From: Ascidiella aspersa
Lineage: Eukaryota
Assembly: GCA_963924565.1 (NCBI GenBank)
Contig: OZ004611.1
Coordinates: forward strand, 19,654,001 to 19,718,000
Reading direction: 5' to 3'
Length of the DNA stretch: 64,000 nucleotides
The notes under the pieces are model-generated. The model searched no databases and had not been told where the DNA came from. It saw only the letters and a list, made by a program, of their open reading frames with translations. Numbering within the stretch: position 1 is the stretch's first letter; every line of letters begins with the position of its first letter. Positions 10,950-22,900 of the stretch are shown piece by piece. The translations under genes and the position numbers were made by a program.

Positions 10950-13900
10950 GTACAGTTTTTTTTTATACCTGACTGATCAATACAGACGAACGGATTTTAA
11001 TGATGGTTTAAAAATCGTTCGCTATATATTTTGCCTTTCTGCAAAACTAGAAAAGGAAAACGCTGGTTTAATGAAAACGCTTTTATAGGATTCATGTTGG
11101 GATGGTTTAAATTTTTTTAGAGGCATTGTTATAAAACAAAACGAACACTGTTCGTTTCCTGATATTTGTTATGTTTTAGCCTAATTCCGCTTAATTCAGT
11201 TATCTTTCTAACAAGTTCTTTTTTTTTTCTTAAACTGGCCTTTCTAGAAACTGCGATATAAAATCAATTGTCACCGCATTTTAAGACACCTTTCTTTTAT
11301 TAAAAATCGAAAATGTTCTTTTAGTCAACGTTCGATTCGCTTTTCGCCTCTTCTGCAATCAGTGGCGGTCTATCGATTTACAACTTTTTGCCTTCGAACT
11401 GAAAGCCGATCCACCACAATGAAAGCAGACGTGCCACGAAAGTGACCCGAAATGTTGGGACTGGCGGAATTGTCGTCACACATAATTCAGCCGTAAACCT
11501 CAAATGTGCCATACAACACTATACATCACGGAGCATGTAGCGGTACCGGGCGGCCTCGATATGTCGATCGAAATCGCAATAACCTTCTACGCGTAATTGC
11601 ACCGTGCAAAGAGAATCCGTGACCAAAGTTTGAAAGGCTTCGAAATGTAATATATATAAACTGTTAAAGGTCAACCTGGTTAACTGGTTAATACATTTTG
11701 TGATGGCGACGATTAAAAGTGGTTTGTGCTTTGTTCACTATAAGCTTACAAAAAAATCAGTAAAAAGAATGGAGTCGCCAAAACTTCGCTTTTAAACTTT
11801 GGGTCGCCACAAAAATGTTGTAAAACGCTGACTTAAGGAATATTGTCGTTCAATTCACATAGCTTCTTGCAATTAATTATGATTCACTTAAAAAAAATCG
11901 CAATTGTTTTGTAATTGTCCAGCCAGCGATAACTGTTACACAGCTATGCACAAACCAAAAAATGTCCATGCCGAGTGATGTCACAATACAATGGAGTAAC
12001 GGAGTTCAAATGGTCGTTTATTATCTATGTAGTAATACATATATCATTATTTTTGCAAACTGACTAATTGCTAGGTTAAAAAACTATTTTACATTTAAAA
12101 CGAACGTTCTACCTGTGAAAATATTTAGGCTTTAGAATAAAAAGTAATGCGGCAAGCAATCGTGCGTGCAATACGCACAAAGCGGTTTGGCCTATAGGTG
12201 ACTCACTACATAATTAATTCATTATTAAACAACCACTCTACCGCAGTTGGCATTTCCAATATCTGACCAAGTTACGCGGACTGGCAAAACTTTACTCCGG
12301 GTTTATTGGTTACACCATTCCTCAGTTATTTTATAGCAGTTGACAAAATACCTGGCTAAGTTGTGCGGACTGGTAAAACTTGCCTCCGGGTTTATTTGTT
12401 TCACGATTCTTCCGTTATTTTATAGTTCAGAAGCTTACAAACCCCAATAGCTATAATTTTTACCAGATTGTCACAAAATTTTAATGCTTTTCAACTGAAA
12501 AATAATTATCTTTCAGATTATAATGCAGCAGCATATAGTCGATTATTTTTAAGCGGTTTAAGGGAAAGTTTAACGCGAAATCGTTTGCTTTGCGCAGAGA
12601 AAACGACGAAAACGGCTATAGCAACGGGCACGTCGAGGCCAGGCACCGTGAGCGGCACGACGGGTCGACGGGTTCCGCGTCGCCCTACTCCGGTTCCGAG
12701 GACCTACAGACGCGTCGGCGGCGCCACGGCGACAAAACAACTGGCAGCGAGGCCGACTTTGACACCGACGACAGCGCAGTCGGGGCCCGAAGTAAGATCG
12801 CGCGCGACCGACACCACAAGAAACAAAAGGACGCGCGGACTCCACTGCGTAGCGCCGACGGCGTGTCGGCGGGGGCTTACGGCGGCACGTCGGCCGTCAA
12901 CATCGACACAGCCGAGACCCTGGCCAGTTACAGTCCCTCCAACAGCCCCGCTGGCATCCTGAAGGCCGGCGGTGCTAGCTCTAAGGGCGGCGACGCCAGG
13001 GAGCTGATCGCTAAGGACGGCCACGGAAAGAGGAGTGAGAAAAAAAGATGGGGAAGAGGCGCCGGCGGAGGAGGTGACAGCACCAGCGATGATGATCACG
13101 ATCACGGCCACGGACATGACGGTCACGATCACGGACATGCGCACTCGTCGCATCATCACGGTAATTACCTTGTCGGTGTGCCTATTTTTTGTTCTGTTAG
13201 CAAAGCATACCATAAACATCGGCTACCTATAGACTTAATGGGTATTGTAGGCCAAGCATTTTTGTAAAAGCGACACTTTTATCGTCCCTTCGCTTATAGA
13301 TTAGTGGTTCTAATACGATATCGTCTGGCGGACACCTTTTGCTTCCTTGATATATCAAATAACTATAGTCTAACTATAAAACACCACGCTCTATACTCAC
13401 TTTCAACATTCCAATCAAGCAGACAATGACACAAACACAAGCTGTTAACAAGTTTGTCACCAATAAAGCTAAATTGAAAAAATATTCCGTCTAACTTGTC
13501 AGTCAACGGTTTAAAATATGCGCGTGCCCTTTAAACTTATTTATGTGCGTTCAGCGTTCTAGCCATATAAAAATGGCAGTGCATTTTATTAAAATTACAT
13601 GTCCACACACCGCAACATATGTAGCGCTACGCCAAAGTGCTGGTACCTTTTGCAGTGTCGAATTCCAGTCCAGGTGTGTATAAAAGCGCACTTTGGCCTG
13701 TATAGTTTCAACTTGCAGTCGCGCCTGTAAGTCTGAGAAACGTTTACTGGTGCGTACATATTTACAGGCAACAGTTCCAGTTACTGAACTCAACGCATGG
13801 CCGTTGGCATTTTCTCGGAGTGCAGCATTGCTGTGTTATTCGTGCAGCGATTCCAAAACAATGATATTAGTGCGCCGGGATTATATGTTATTGCTATCTC

Positions 13901-16900
13901 GATAGCAAGCCCCATATACCGATATACTGATGATCTAACACATGTGTATGGATTGTTTTAAGATTTGCTGACTTCGATAACTTAGATTACCCACTGGAAT
14001 TTAGCATGATCTTGATTTTGATATCACAAAGAGGATTTATCTGTCGAAGGAGTACTTCTGCAGCAAACAGTAGTGCAACATTCTACAAACAATTTCGATT
14101 TCTTATATCGACTGCACACTAATATAGTAAAAGCACAAACAACTTTAGTTGTTATGCTTGTTCACCTAATGTGCACTTTCCCAAACTGGTCCGTTAAGCA
14201 AGCCTTCTTTATACACTCAAAATGGAGTATTTACTTGTTTTTAGCCAATTTATTACACCTATATGCAAGTAACTTGTGAGGGCCTAGATCAGTGGTTCTT
14301 AACCGGGGTACCGCGGCGCTCTAGGGTGCCATTTTCAACGCACAAAAGGTGCCGAGAGATATTTCAAATTCTTTAGGATTTCAATCTTTGCTCTATTGGT
14401 AAGCTTCGTGATACAATTTTTTGTGTATGGTAAAAGTTTCAAAATTAAACGGGTTTTTAATCCTTGTTGCACAGTTAATGTGCTGTTTCAATCTCGTTTA
14501 TTGTAACGTTGCTGTTAACCACTCAGCAACAACACGAGCTTCGTGTCGCGAACTATTTATAATTACTTTAAGGTGGCGTAAGCCAAAAAAGGTTTCGAAA
14601 CACTGGTCTAGATCAAAATACGAATCGGGCCTGTCGTTGTATATACATTTATTGTAATAAATAAATTGCAACGAAGAGAGTGTATTACCCATACAAAACA
14701 TATGGTTTAAAGCTGCCCAAGCCCATATTACATCCGTCAATCGCGCCTAAAAATATAGATTATATAGCAGGTATAGGAGGGGCATGAAGTCCAGATGCCT
14801 GAGTGCGTTTCGTTCTCACAAGTTGTGTTTGTTCCTTAGTATGACGACACGCCAGATAATATTTCGCCGCAGTCGACACGCACAAATAGACGTGCAGCCG
14901 GTTGGAAGATTGTCCAGCCAACCATGTGTTGTATGTGTATTGGGTTCCAAAGTTTGTGGCAAAACTTCCAGACTTAATGTGTCTGAGTGATTTTTTCTAC
15001 AGCGATGTTTTTTTTTTCACTGTTTAAAATGGAAAAGAAACACATTTAACCGCAATAGAGAACATAGTGTGTTTAAATTCAATCTGAGGCAATTGATGGT
15101 ATATTTTTGCTTGTCTTAAAATTCTGTACAAGATCCCTTAAAACAAAAGTAGTCTATTTACACTTGACAGCGCAGCATAGAACGCGTGAATGTTTCGCAG
15201 TTTATTATTATTTTGATCATAAATTGCGAGTAACTCCGATCGTAACAAATTACAAATTGGGGGCACTGGAACTTTTATCAACTTCAAGAGCCGTTCGTTG
15301 TCCGCGAGACACGATTTCTATGAAACGATTCCTATTATTGGCAGGGGTTTTTTAACCTTTTTTACTGCGGACCCTTAAACATAATTTTGCAACGCTTGGA
15401 CCACGGTAGGCAAGAAATTTACAAAAAGGACGTCATAAATTTGACGTCACAATACTTTAGTCCAACTACATTTAGTGCAAACCGTTTTATTTTTGATTGA
15501 ACTGTTTTCTTTGAAAAAGTGATTACTTCTTAAAGTAGACTAATTTTTCAATCAGGCCTTCATATACCCCCTAAAACTAGTTCACGGACCTCCAGGGGGT
15601 CCATGTACCCCAGTTTAAGAAACCCTGCTATAAGACTTTTGTTTTAAAATCCCTATTTAGCCGTAGACAAAATCCGTTTGAACTTAACCGTTTTCCATTT
15701 TAGATCAACTCAATCCCTCCGACGTAGAGTCAGAGCACTGTCACGATTCGTCCGATGAGCGCAGCGAAAAAGACCAAAAGAAACGGGACAAGGCCCTGAA
15801 GAAGCTAATGATCGCAACCGGGCTAAGCTTTTTCTTTATGGTCGGCGAAATCGTAGGTGGGTGCCGTGAAGTCACTATGACGTAAGAGATCTGCAAGCGC
15901 AGCGAAGGTCTGCAATGCTATGTTTGGTGTTCGTTGTGCACATATACGAGCTTTTATAGCACGACCGCACGCGCAAATGTTTACACACACGATAAGCAAC
16001 AGTTCAAAACACTAGCAGAGCTAGCAATTCAGGTCAGACACAATTAACAGATCTTAAAAAGATATATATATATATATATATTTCACCAACAAAGGCATCG
16101 TCAGTATATCTGAATAAAAACAAACGCAACAGTATAGGAATAAGTCAGAAACAAAATAAATAAAACAAAGTAAACTAAAGTAACTAAAACATAAAAAACT
16201 GCAAGGCAAAAAGAAAAAAAAGGAAAAAAAGTTTTTTATTCCGATATACTGACGATGAATTTGTTGGCGAAATATATATATATCTTTTAAGATATGTTAA
16301 ATGTGTCTGACCTGTATTGCTAGCTCTGCTAGTATTTTGAACTGTTACTGATCAGGAATTAAGGTCGACATTTATGTAAACTCAATTTTTCTAAAAAGTC
16401 ACAAGAATAAGCTTACATAGCACCATTCTGTGGATGTCTGATAATGTTGGATGGGATGCTAAGTTGCAGAATTCGTACTTGTTCTATACAATCTGTGATG
16501 ATTAGGCACTTTTTCTAATTAACAATAACTATGCTTCCCCTAACGCTAAACCAAATTTTTACGCTCAATAATCCGGAAAACATTACAAAACAAATAAAAC
16601 TCAACAAATCATCATTCTCCGAATCTGTTTTTAAACAATAAACCCTAAACTTGTCATAACTGCGGCCGATATAATGAAAACGTAACATCATTTAGCAAGT
16701 TATTTCGAAATCACTTTTGCAGTATGCCCTAAATTTGACCTACTATTTTAAAATATGGCAAAATATGTTTACAAGAGAAACAAACAACGTCCGCAAAAAC
16801 TATTTAACTCTAAGATGCAATTTAAGTTTGGTTACATTTGTTTCTCTATTTTTGAACATTTTTATATAACCGTATTGATATATATTTTTAAATAGTGTCG

Positions 16901-19900
16901 TTTTGAGACCAAGAATACAATAATAGTCACGTGGCTATATTTTCCCTTTTTTAAGCTTTGTTTTACATCATGTTACTAGTCCAACAAGACTGTTTTAGCT
17001 GGTAAGCTTATTACTGATAACGATGGGATGAGGAAGATTTATATGTCATGGGCGTCGTTCGAGATTCGACTGGTCACTTTTGACACGGCACGCGGTACAA
17101 CTACCGCACGAGTTGGATTAGCTGCACGCGGCACGCGACACCTAAATGTTGTTTAGAAGGTTGCTTTGCTCCAATTGGTCCAAATGCACGGCACGCCCGC
17201 TGGGATTGATGTATTTGATGCTTATAAGTCATTGTCGGTTGTAAACCAATTAGTTAAGTACATGTCTAACAAAAGTGACATCAGGGGCACCTCCATTAGG
17301 CTAATCTTTGTAAGCTAGTAAATTTCAATCTTATCTTGTTTTATACGGCCTATATTGTCTTTAACACACCAACATGTAGCAACTACAGCTTAGCAAAAAA
17401 ACACGCGTTAATTTACCAGTCTAGTAGAACACAGAAATACAGTAGCAAACAACTACGATAAACATACGATTTTTAGAAAATAGATCGAATTATAAACCAC
17501 GAAAAACAATTACTATATTACACTTGTATATCGTTTTCCTAACTTAGTCAGCTCACATATACCAATGATGGGCGTGATATTGTACCACAGGTTAAAGGCC
17601 ACTTCCCGGTTCGGAAAATGGCCTTATGTAGGTTTAAAAGCAGCTAACCGCTGATAAAGGGATGTAATATGGCACAAAGGCGTTTGTGAAAAAAACGGAG
17701 CCTGTGTCGAGTAAACTGGTATGATTTTGCAACAGAATGACAAAGACGAATCAACGGAAAATGCTCTGCACCCGAACCTAACGCGCTTAAGTCCGGCGCT
17801 CGTGCCTCTGTTTGCATTTCCCAATCCGGTCTTCGCCGAAATGCGGCGACAACTTGTGCTGTGGCAATTTTGTCGATACGCTAACTACTATCAGTTAATT
17901 GAATAAAGAGTGCTAATACTAGAAGAACTTACACTAAGTGGCGACTGCGCTAAGTAGAACCTTATAGACAGCATTTGGGTTTGGGAAATCTAGTCATACA
18001 TGCAAATTACAAATGCTTTGACAAACTACGTATTTATGCTCTCGTCAAGCTCATCTGTCACGATACTATTTATCAATATGATTTAATTAAACGCATAGAT
18101 AAATGCGGGTGGTGTTCGAGTTTAACCAAATCATCCACGTGCTAAACGTTTATCGAAACATGTGGGTGCCGTTATTGATTAATGTTAGGTTACTGTTTGT
18201 ACCTTATGGCTTATATCATTTGGTTTACGGTGATTTTTTAAATAGATCACCGCGTCGTTGATTTTTAAATTGAACAACAAATAGATGGATATACGGGTCG
18301 GTCTCATCCCCGAAACAATATTGTTTAAAGGAAATTTTATTTTTCGGAAAAAGTTTAATGCTGTGTGAAAAGCAAAACACAGTTATCGGGTCTGCTTTCG
18401 TTCAGGACCTAAGAAATGTCGCACAAATCAAAGACTCCGTCACGAATCGATACTGTCTCGTTGTGATAGAAGTATATTGCGCTTCGTTTTCTCGAGCCGG
18501 CGTCTCCCCAAACGTCGCAAAAGATTCACCTCTAAGACGACACTTAGTGACGGCAAATCGATGACTGTCGTCGCGAAGCGAGACTCGTCGACCAATCCTT
18601 GGTCAGTCGAACGGGCTGCACTCTCCGCGTGTACATAAATTCGTGTCGTCGAACATGTAATTGGCAATCCCCCTTTATATAATCGCCTTCGCTCCAATCG
18701 ATTTCCGCGGTCATCTGTGTCTCCGGAGAGCTCCTGCGATGATTATACGAAGGCCCGATGAATAAGTAAAGTCAGTCTACGTAGACACGAACGTATACGC
18801 ATTGCGTAGGCATGTAATCGGGTGTATCCGTATAGAACCAGAAATTGTTGACAGCAGGTTTCTGCCTGACGATCACTTTTTGAAAATCCGTGTAAAGTAC
18901 AAGATCCGAGAGCTTTGTTTAGCATCATCGATAATTACAACGTTTAATGCTGTTTTTACACTTATTTGTCACACAGACTTTTTTTTGACAAAAAAAACAC
19001 TCGCTTGTACCGTTTGCAAGGTTATATTCTTGGACTGGTTTTAGTGTAGTCGCGGTCAGTTTTTATGTGAACAGCAGCGTCCTGTTTATGGCCTTTCGCA
19101 CTAATCGATTGGAGTAATCGGTCAAGCCTCGTGAGAAATAAAGCGTCAATAAAGGGCCGTTTAATAAATAATGCCAATGAGACGTACAGAGCCTGTAGCA
19201 GGCTCTGTCTAGTAGCATTAAACATTTGTCATGTTTTGTCACATTGAATTAAGATTTCTACTACGGTAACTCCGTAGAAAGCATGGCCTGAATTGTATAC
19301 AGTCGTTTTTTCATACCTTTCTTGCGATGCCTTTAGAAAACTTTGTTCTACCTTTTAGAAAACTTTGTTCTATGACTACCGACAATAGACATTTTACTCG
19401 TTTTTATTTATTTACCGATATTTAGTATCAAAAAGCATATGCAATTGGTGCAGTTATCTCGTTGAGTTCTAATGCCGATGTTGTGGGATAATAATATTAG
19501 TAAGCATTTTGTTACCGCAATTGCTACTAGATACGAAACAGAATCTTTGTGTGCGCCCTTTTTTTAAAAAACGACGGACCAGGGCTGTTAGAGAACCACC
19601 GGTATACAACATGATGGACCAGTTTATCGTCAGTGCAGTTCAACAAGGGCGGATCGTATCTCTACTAGTTCAAATGAAAACGGCTGAAAAATAGGACCGA
19701 CATGGTTCCCAAGAGATCACGGAAACTTGAAACATGGATCCATTTTCTATTCATTTTCTCATATCGGCCTAAATCCGGGTTAGCCGAGAACAGCCGACAA
19801 ATAAATTACACACAATATTCAAGGCAAAAATGCACCACAAGCCGGCTCGCACCACGTTGTTAACCGCGAAAGTCCGTTATCGATTAGATTAGGGCCAATG

Positions 19901-22900
19901 TCGCGGGTGCAACGCGAACATGGCAGGGGACACCCCAGGCTGACAGTGACGCTGTCGGGAGCGCGTCATCGCAGTGCGTCATGCGTGGCTCGTTAGTTAC
20001 AGTTGGTTGTAAGATCAAAGTTTGTTCGGGAACGGGCGCACCGCTTGGACCAAGTGCAATAAGCACCTTTTCGGAAATCATACGGTATAGAAACTTTATA
20101 CCTTTATCCAGGCCCGTCGGTTTTGGCTAGATTAGGCATTGTAAAGAAAATGCCAACCTATTAATAACTGCATTTGACCCACTTTGTGCGGCGCAGACCT
20201 GTCTGCTCATTTTGTACAGATCGCTTTGAAAAGAAGACTTTGTAACCATACCACTTCCAAAATCGGTACGCAAACTTAATTCAATACAACAGTCATTCGA
20301 AAAATGCTGTACTTTACTTTTATGGGTAGCGTATTATGCTATTCTTTTCGCTTTATCGTGTTTAGTAGCGGGCATTACGCAGTAAGGACATGGACGCAAT
20401 CCCAGCTGCCTATCGGAATATCACAGGCGTTTAAAAACGCAAGCACTGGTAATGACTAAATGCAATTAAAAAAAATACGCGATGTATTAGCCTTATTTGT
20501 GTTTTATCAACGGATGTTGTGCAGATTGCAAAAAATAGGGTAACAAAAAGGTTAACGGCGAAGAGGATAAGAGGCCACCGCTGATATGCTAATTTGTTTA
20601 AGAGGCGTTTTTTAGCTCCTACGGGCAGTCTTCCTGTCGTAAATTTGTCTCACAATGTTTTCACTGGTAGGCGGATCTGTTGTTCTTTGATTTTGTTAGA
20701 GGTGGGATTGTTGTATCATTTGCAGGAAATTTAGCCAACTCGGCCAGGAATTTCATTACCTGATGAATGTGGATCATGATTGGGCTACATAAGCATGATC
20801 CAAATACTTTACGGAAAAACTCATCTTTGTTAAAGTTTGCAATTAGGTAAAGCAAACATATTGTTATTTAACTGTTAAGGATGGTAAAACTCCCATCAGG
20901 TTTGTCTAGGGTTCCAAATTGTTGCAATATTCTACTTTACAGAGAGTATAAGCTTGACTAAAAGTTGCCATAATACACCAACCTTCTGGCTATTTTACCA
21001 AACAAAGACGAAAAGGTTAAAATGGTTAAAATGGTTAATAATTCAATTTCGGTTAAGGGAAAAAGTATTTAATTCCATGAACGTTTGCTAGAAATTAACG
21101 AAATTAAACCTAAAACTAATGAAAAAAACAATACCGATCTGACTTGCCAATTACCTCAAGAAATACGTACTAAAATGTGCTCCATTAAATGTTCTTTTCA
21201 TCAGTCTCAATGAGTCGCGAAAGACTTTATTACATTTAAAACCGTCAATAAAATAAAAGTTTAGCCCTTAAGCAAAGAAACTGCACAATTTTAATTACCA
21301 CATTTTAAAATAAGGCCGACTGCATTTTATGATAATGACTTTTAGCCTCCTAGAGTTAAAAAAACCTTTTGTTATGTCACAGGCGGCTACCTTGCCAACA
21401 GTCTAGCGATCATGACCGACGCAAGCCATCTCTTGACGGACGTCAGCAGCTTTCTTATCAGCATCATCGCCTTAAAAATGGCGGCTCGGCCCATTTCGAA
21501 GAAAATGACTTTTGGCTGGCACAGAGCCGGTAAGCTTATGCCAATATTTGAGTGGGCATCTACCCCACTAGCAATGCCACTGAGTCTGATTTTATCTCAC
21601 CTTCGCCATTTCAAGAATATTTTAATTTGCTGTGTGGGCCGATACTTGTTACTTGTTGCTCGCTTCACACTTACTTAATACGAGACTCGATTTACTGGCT
21701 TTAAGAGACAACAACTAGTGTTTCGTTGAGAGGTTTTATTACATGAATATGTTTTAATCAGTAGCTCTGCTCTTTACAAATACTTCATTTTTTTTAATTG
21801 CAAAATTACCACTATATTCCTTATATGCGTACCACGATTTTCTTACTTTTCGAGTTAAAGAACACATATTGACGATAAGGAATATTAAGTTGTTTCCAAC
21901 CTGTATACCACTAACTGCTTGTAGATCTCTGAAAACATGAGTATTGACGCAATTTAAAACGTGAGAAACGCTATGGCGCAATAATTTGAACGGATTTTTA
22001 CTACATTGATAAAAGTAGACCCTGTTTGGGCTGAACGGACAGTTAAATGACAAACCAAACCAAAGTATAATTCTCTTTTGTATTGGCAGAGGTAATTGGT
22101 GCATTGATAAGCGTACTGGCCATCTGGGTCGTGACCGCGGTGTTGGTCTACCTCGCTATCATGAGGCTGATCAACAAAGACTACGACGTCGACGGCAAGA
22201 CTATGCTCATCACTGCCTCCATGGCCGTGGGATTTAATATTGTGTAAGTTCAACGAAAAATGTACATTTATTAAATATTGTACCAAGGTGTACGAAGGTG
22301 AAATGCTTCACACAAACTGTATGTTGCAAGTAAAGACCTGTTTTACTCAATATCATTCCATATCTAATTTAAAAATTATACTGTTTCTTTATCAGAATAA
22401 ACATATTATTTGTTAAAGGATAATATACCTGGAATTAAATCCTGCTTTAGTCAGTAACTTAAGCACAAAACTTGTAAATTAAATTTACCAGTGTTGTAAT
22501 GACTTAAGTCAATGCCTTGAGTGTGTACTTAAGTCACTGTTTACAAATGACTTGACTTTGAATTGGGTTATTTATCCTAATTTTTCCGAATAAAACAATT
22601 GCTTGCCCTCTATTGCCTTTTTGGTATTTTTTAGTTAAGGTATTGCTAATAATTGGATGAGTTTACTCAATTTTAATAGCTTAACATGTATTTTTTTATG
22701 AAAAGGACTTGGAATTGGCTTGCTTTAATTAATTATGACTTGACTGGGTCTTGACAAATATTTGTTCAAAAAGACTTGATTTGGACTTAAGTCATTTCAA
22801 AAATACTTGTTTACATTACAACACTGTAGTTGCCTTACACTACTGTTTTTGATCTTAGAATGGGCCTGGTCCTTCACGAGGCTCACGGTCACGCCCATGG

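Larger units (their letters stand above)
15991..16353. mobile_element. Inverted-repeat (about 125-bp arms) Penelope-like pLTR fragment pair, each arm carrying a minimal hammerhead-like motif
   Basis: Arms 15991-16120 and 16231-16353 are reverse complements around an A-rich spacer; both contain GATATA-CTGACGA-..-GAAA(TA)n-TATATC. Confidence 0.7.

Noticed and set aside
12704-13219. 171-aa antisense ORF and 164-aa alternative-frame ORF over ZnT exon 2
   Set aside because: By-products of GC-rich coding sequence; no recognisable domain.
13919-13935. CCGATATACTGATGAT matching the 5' half of the 16243 motif
   Set aside because: Lacks stem II and GAAA; at most a truncated remnant.
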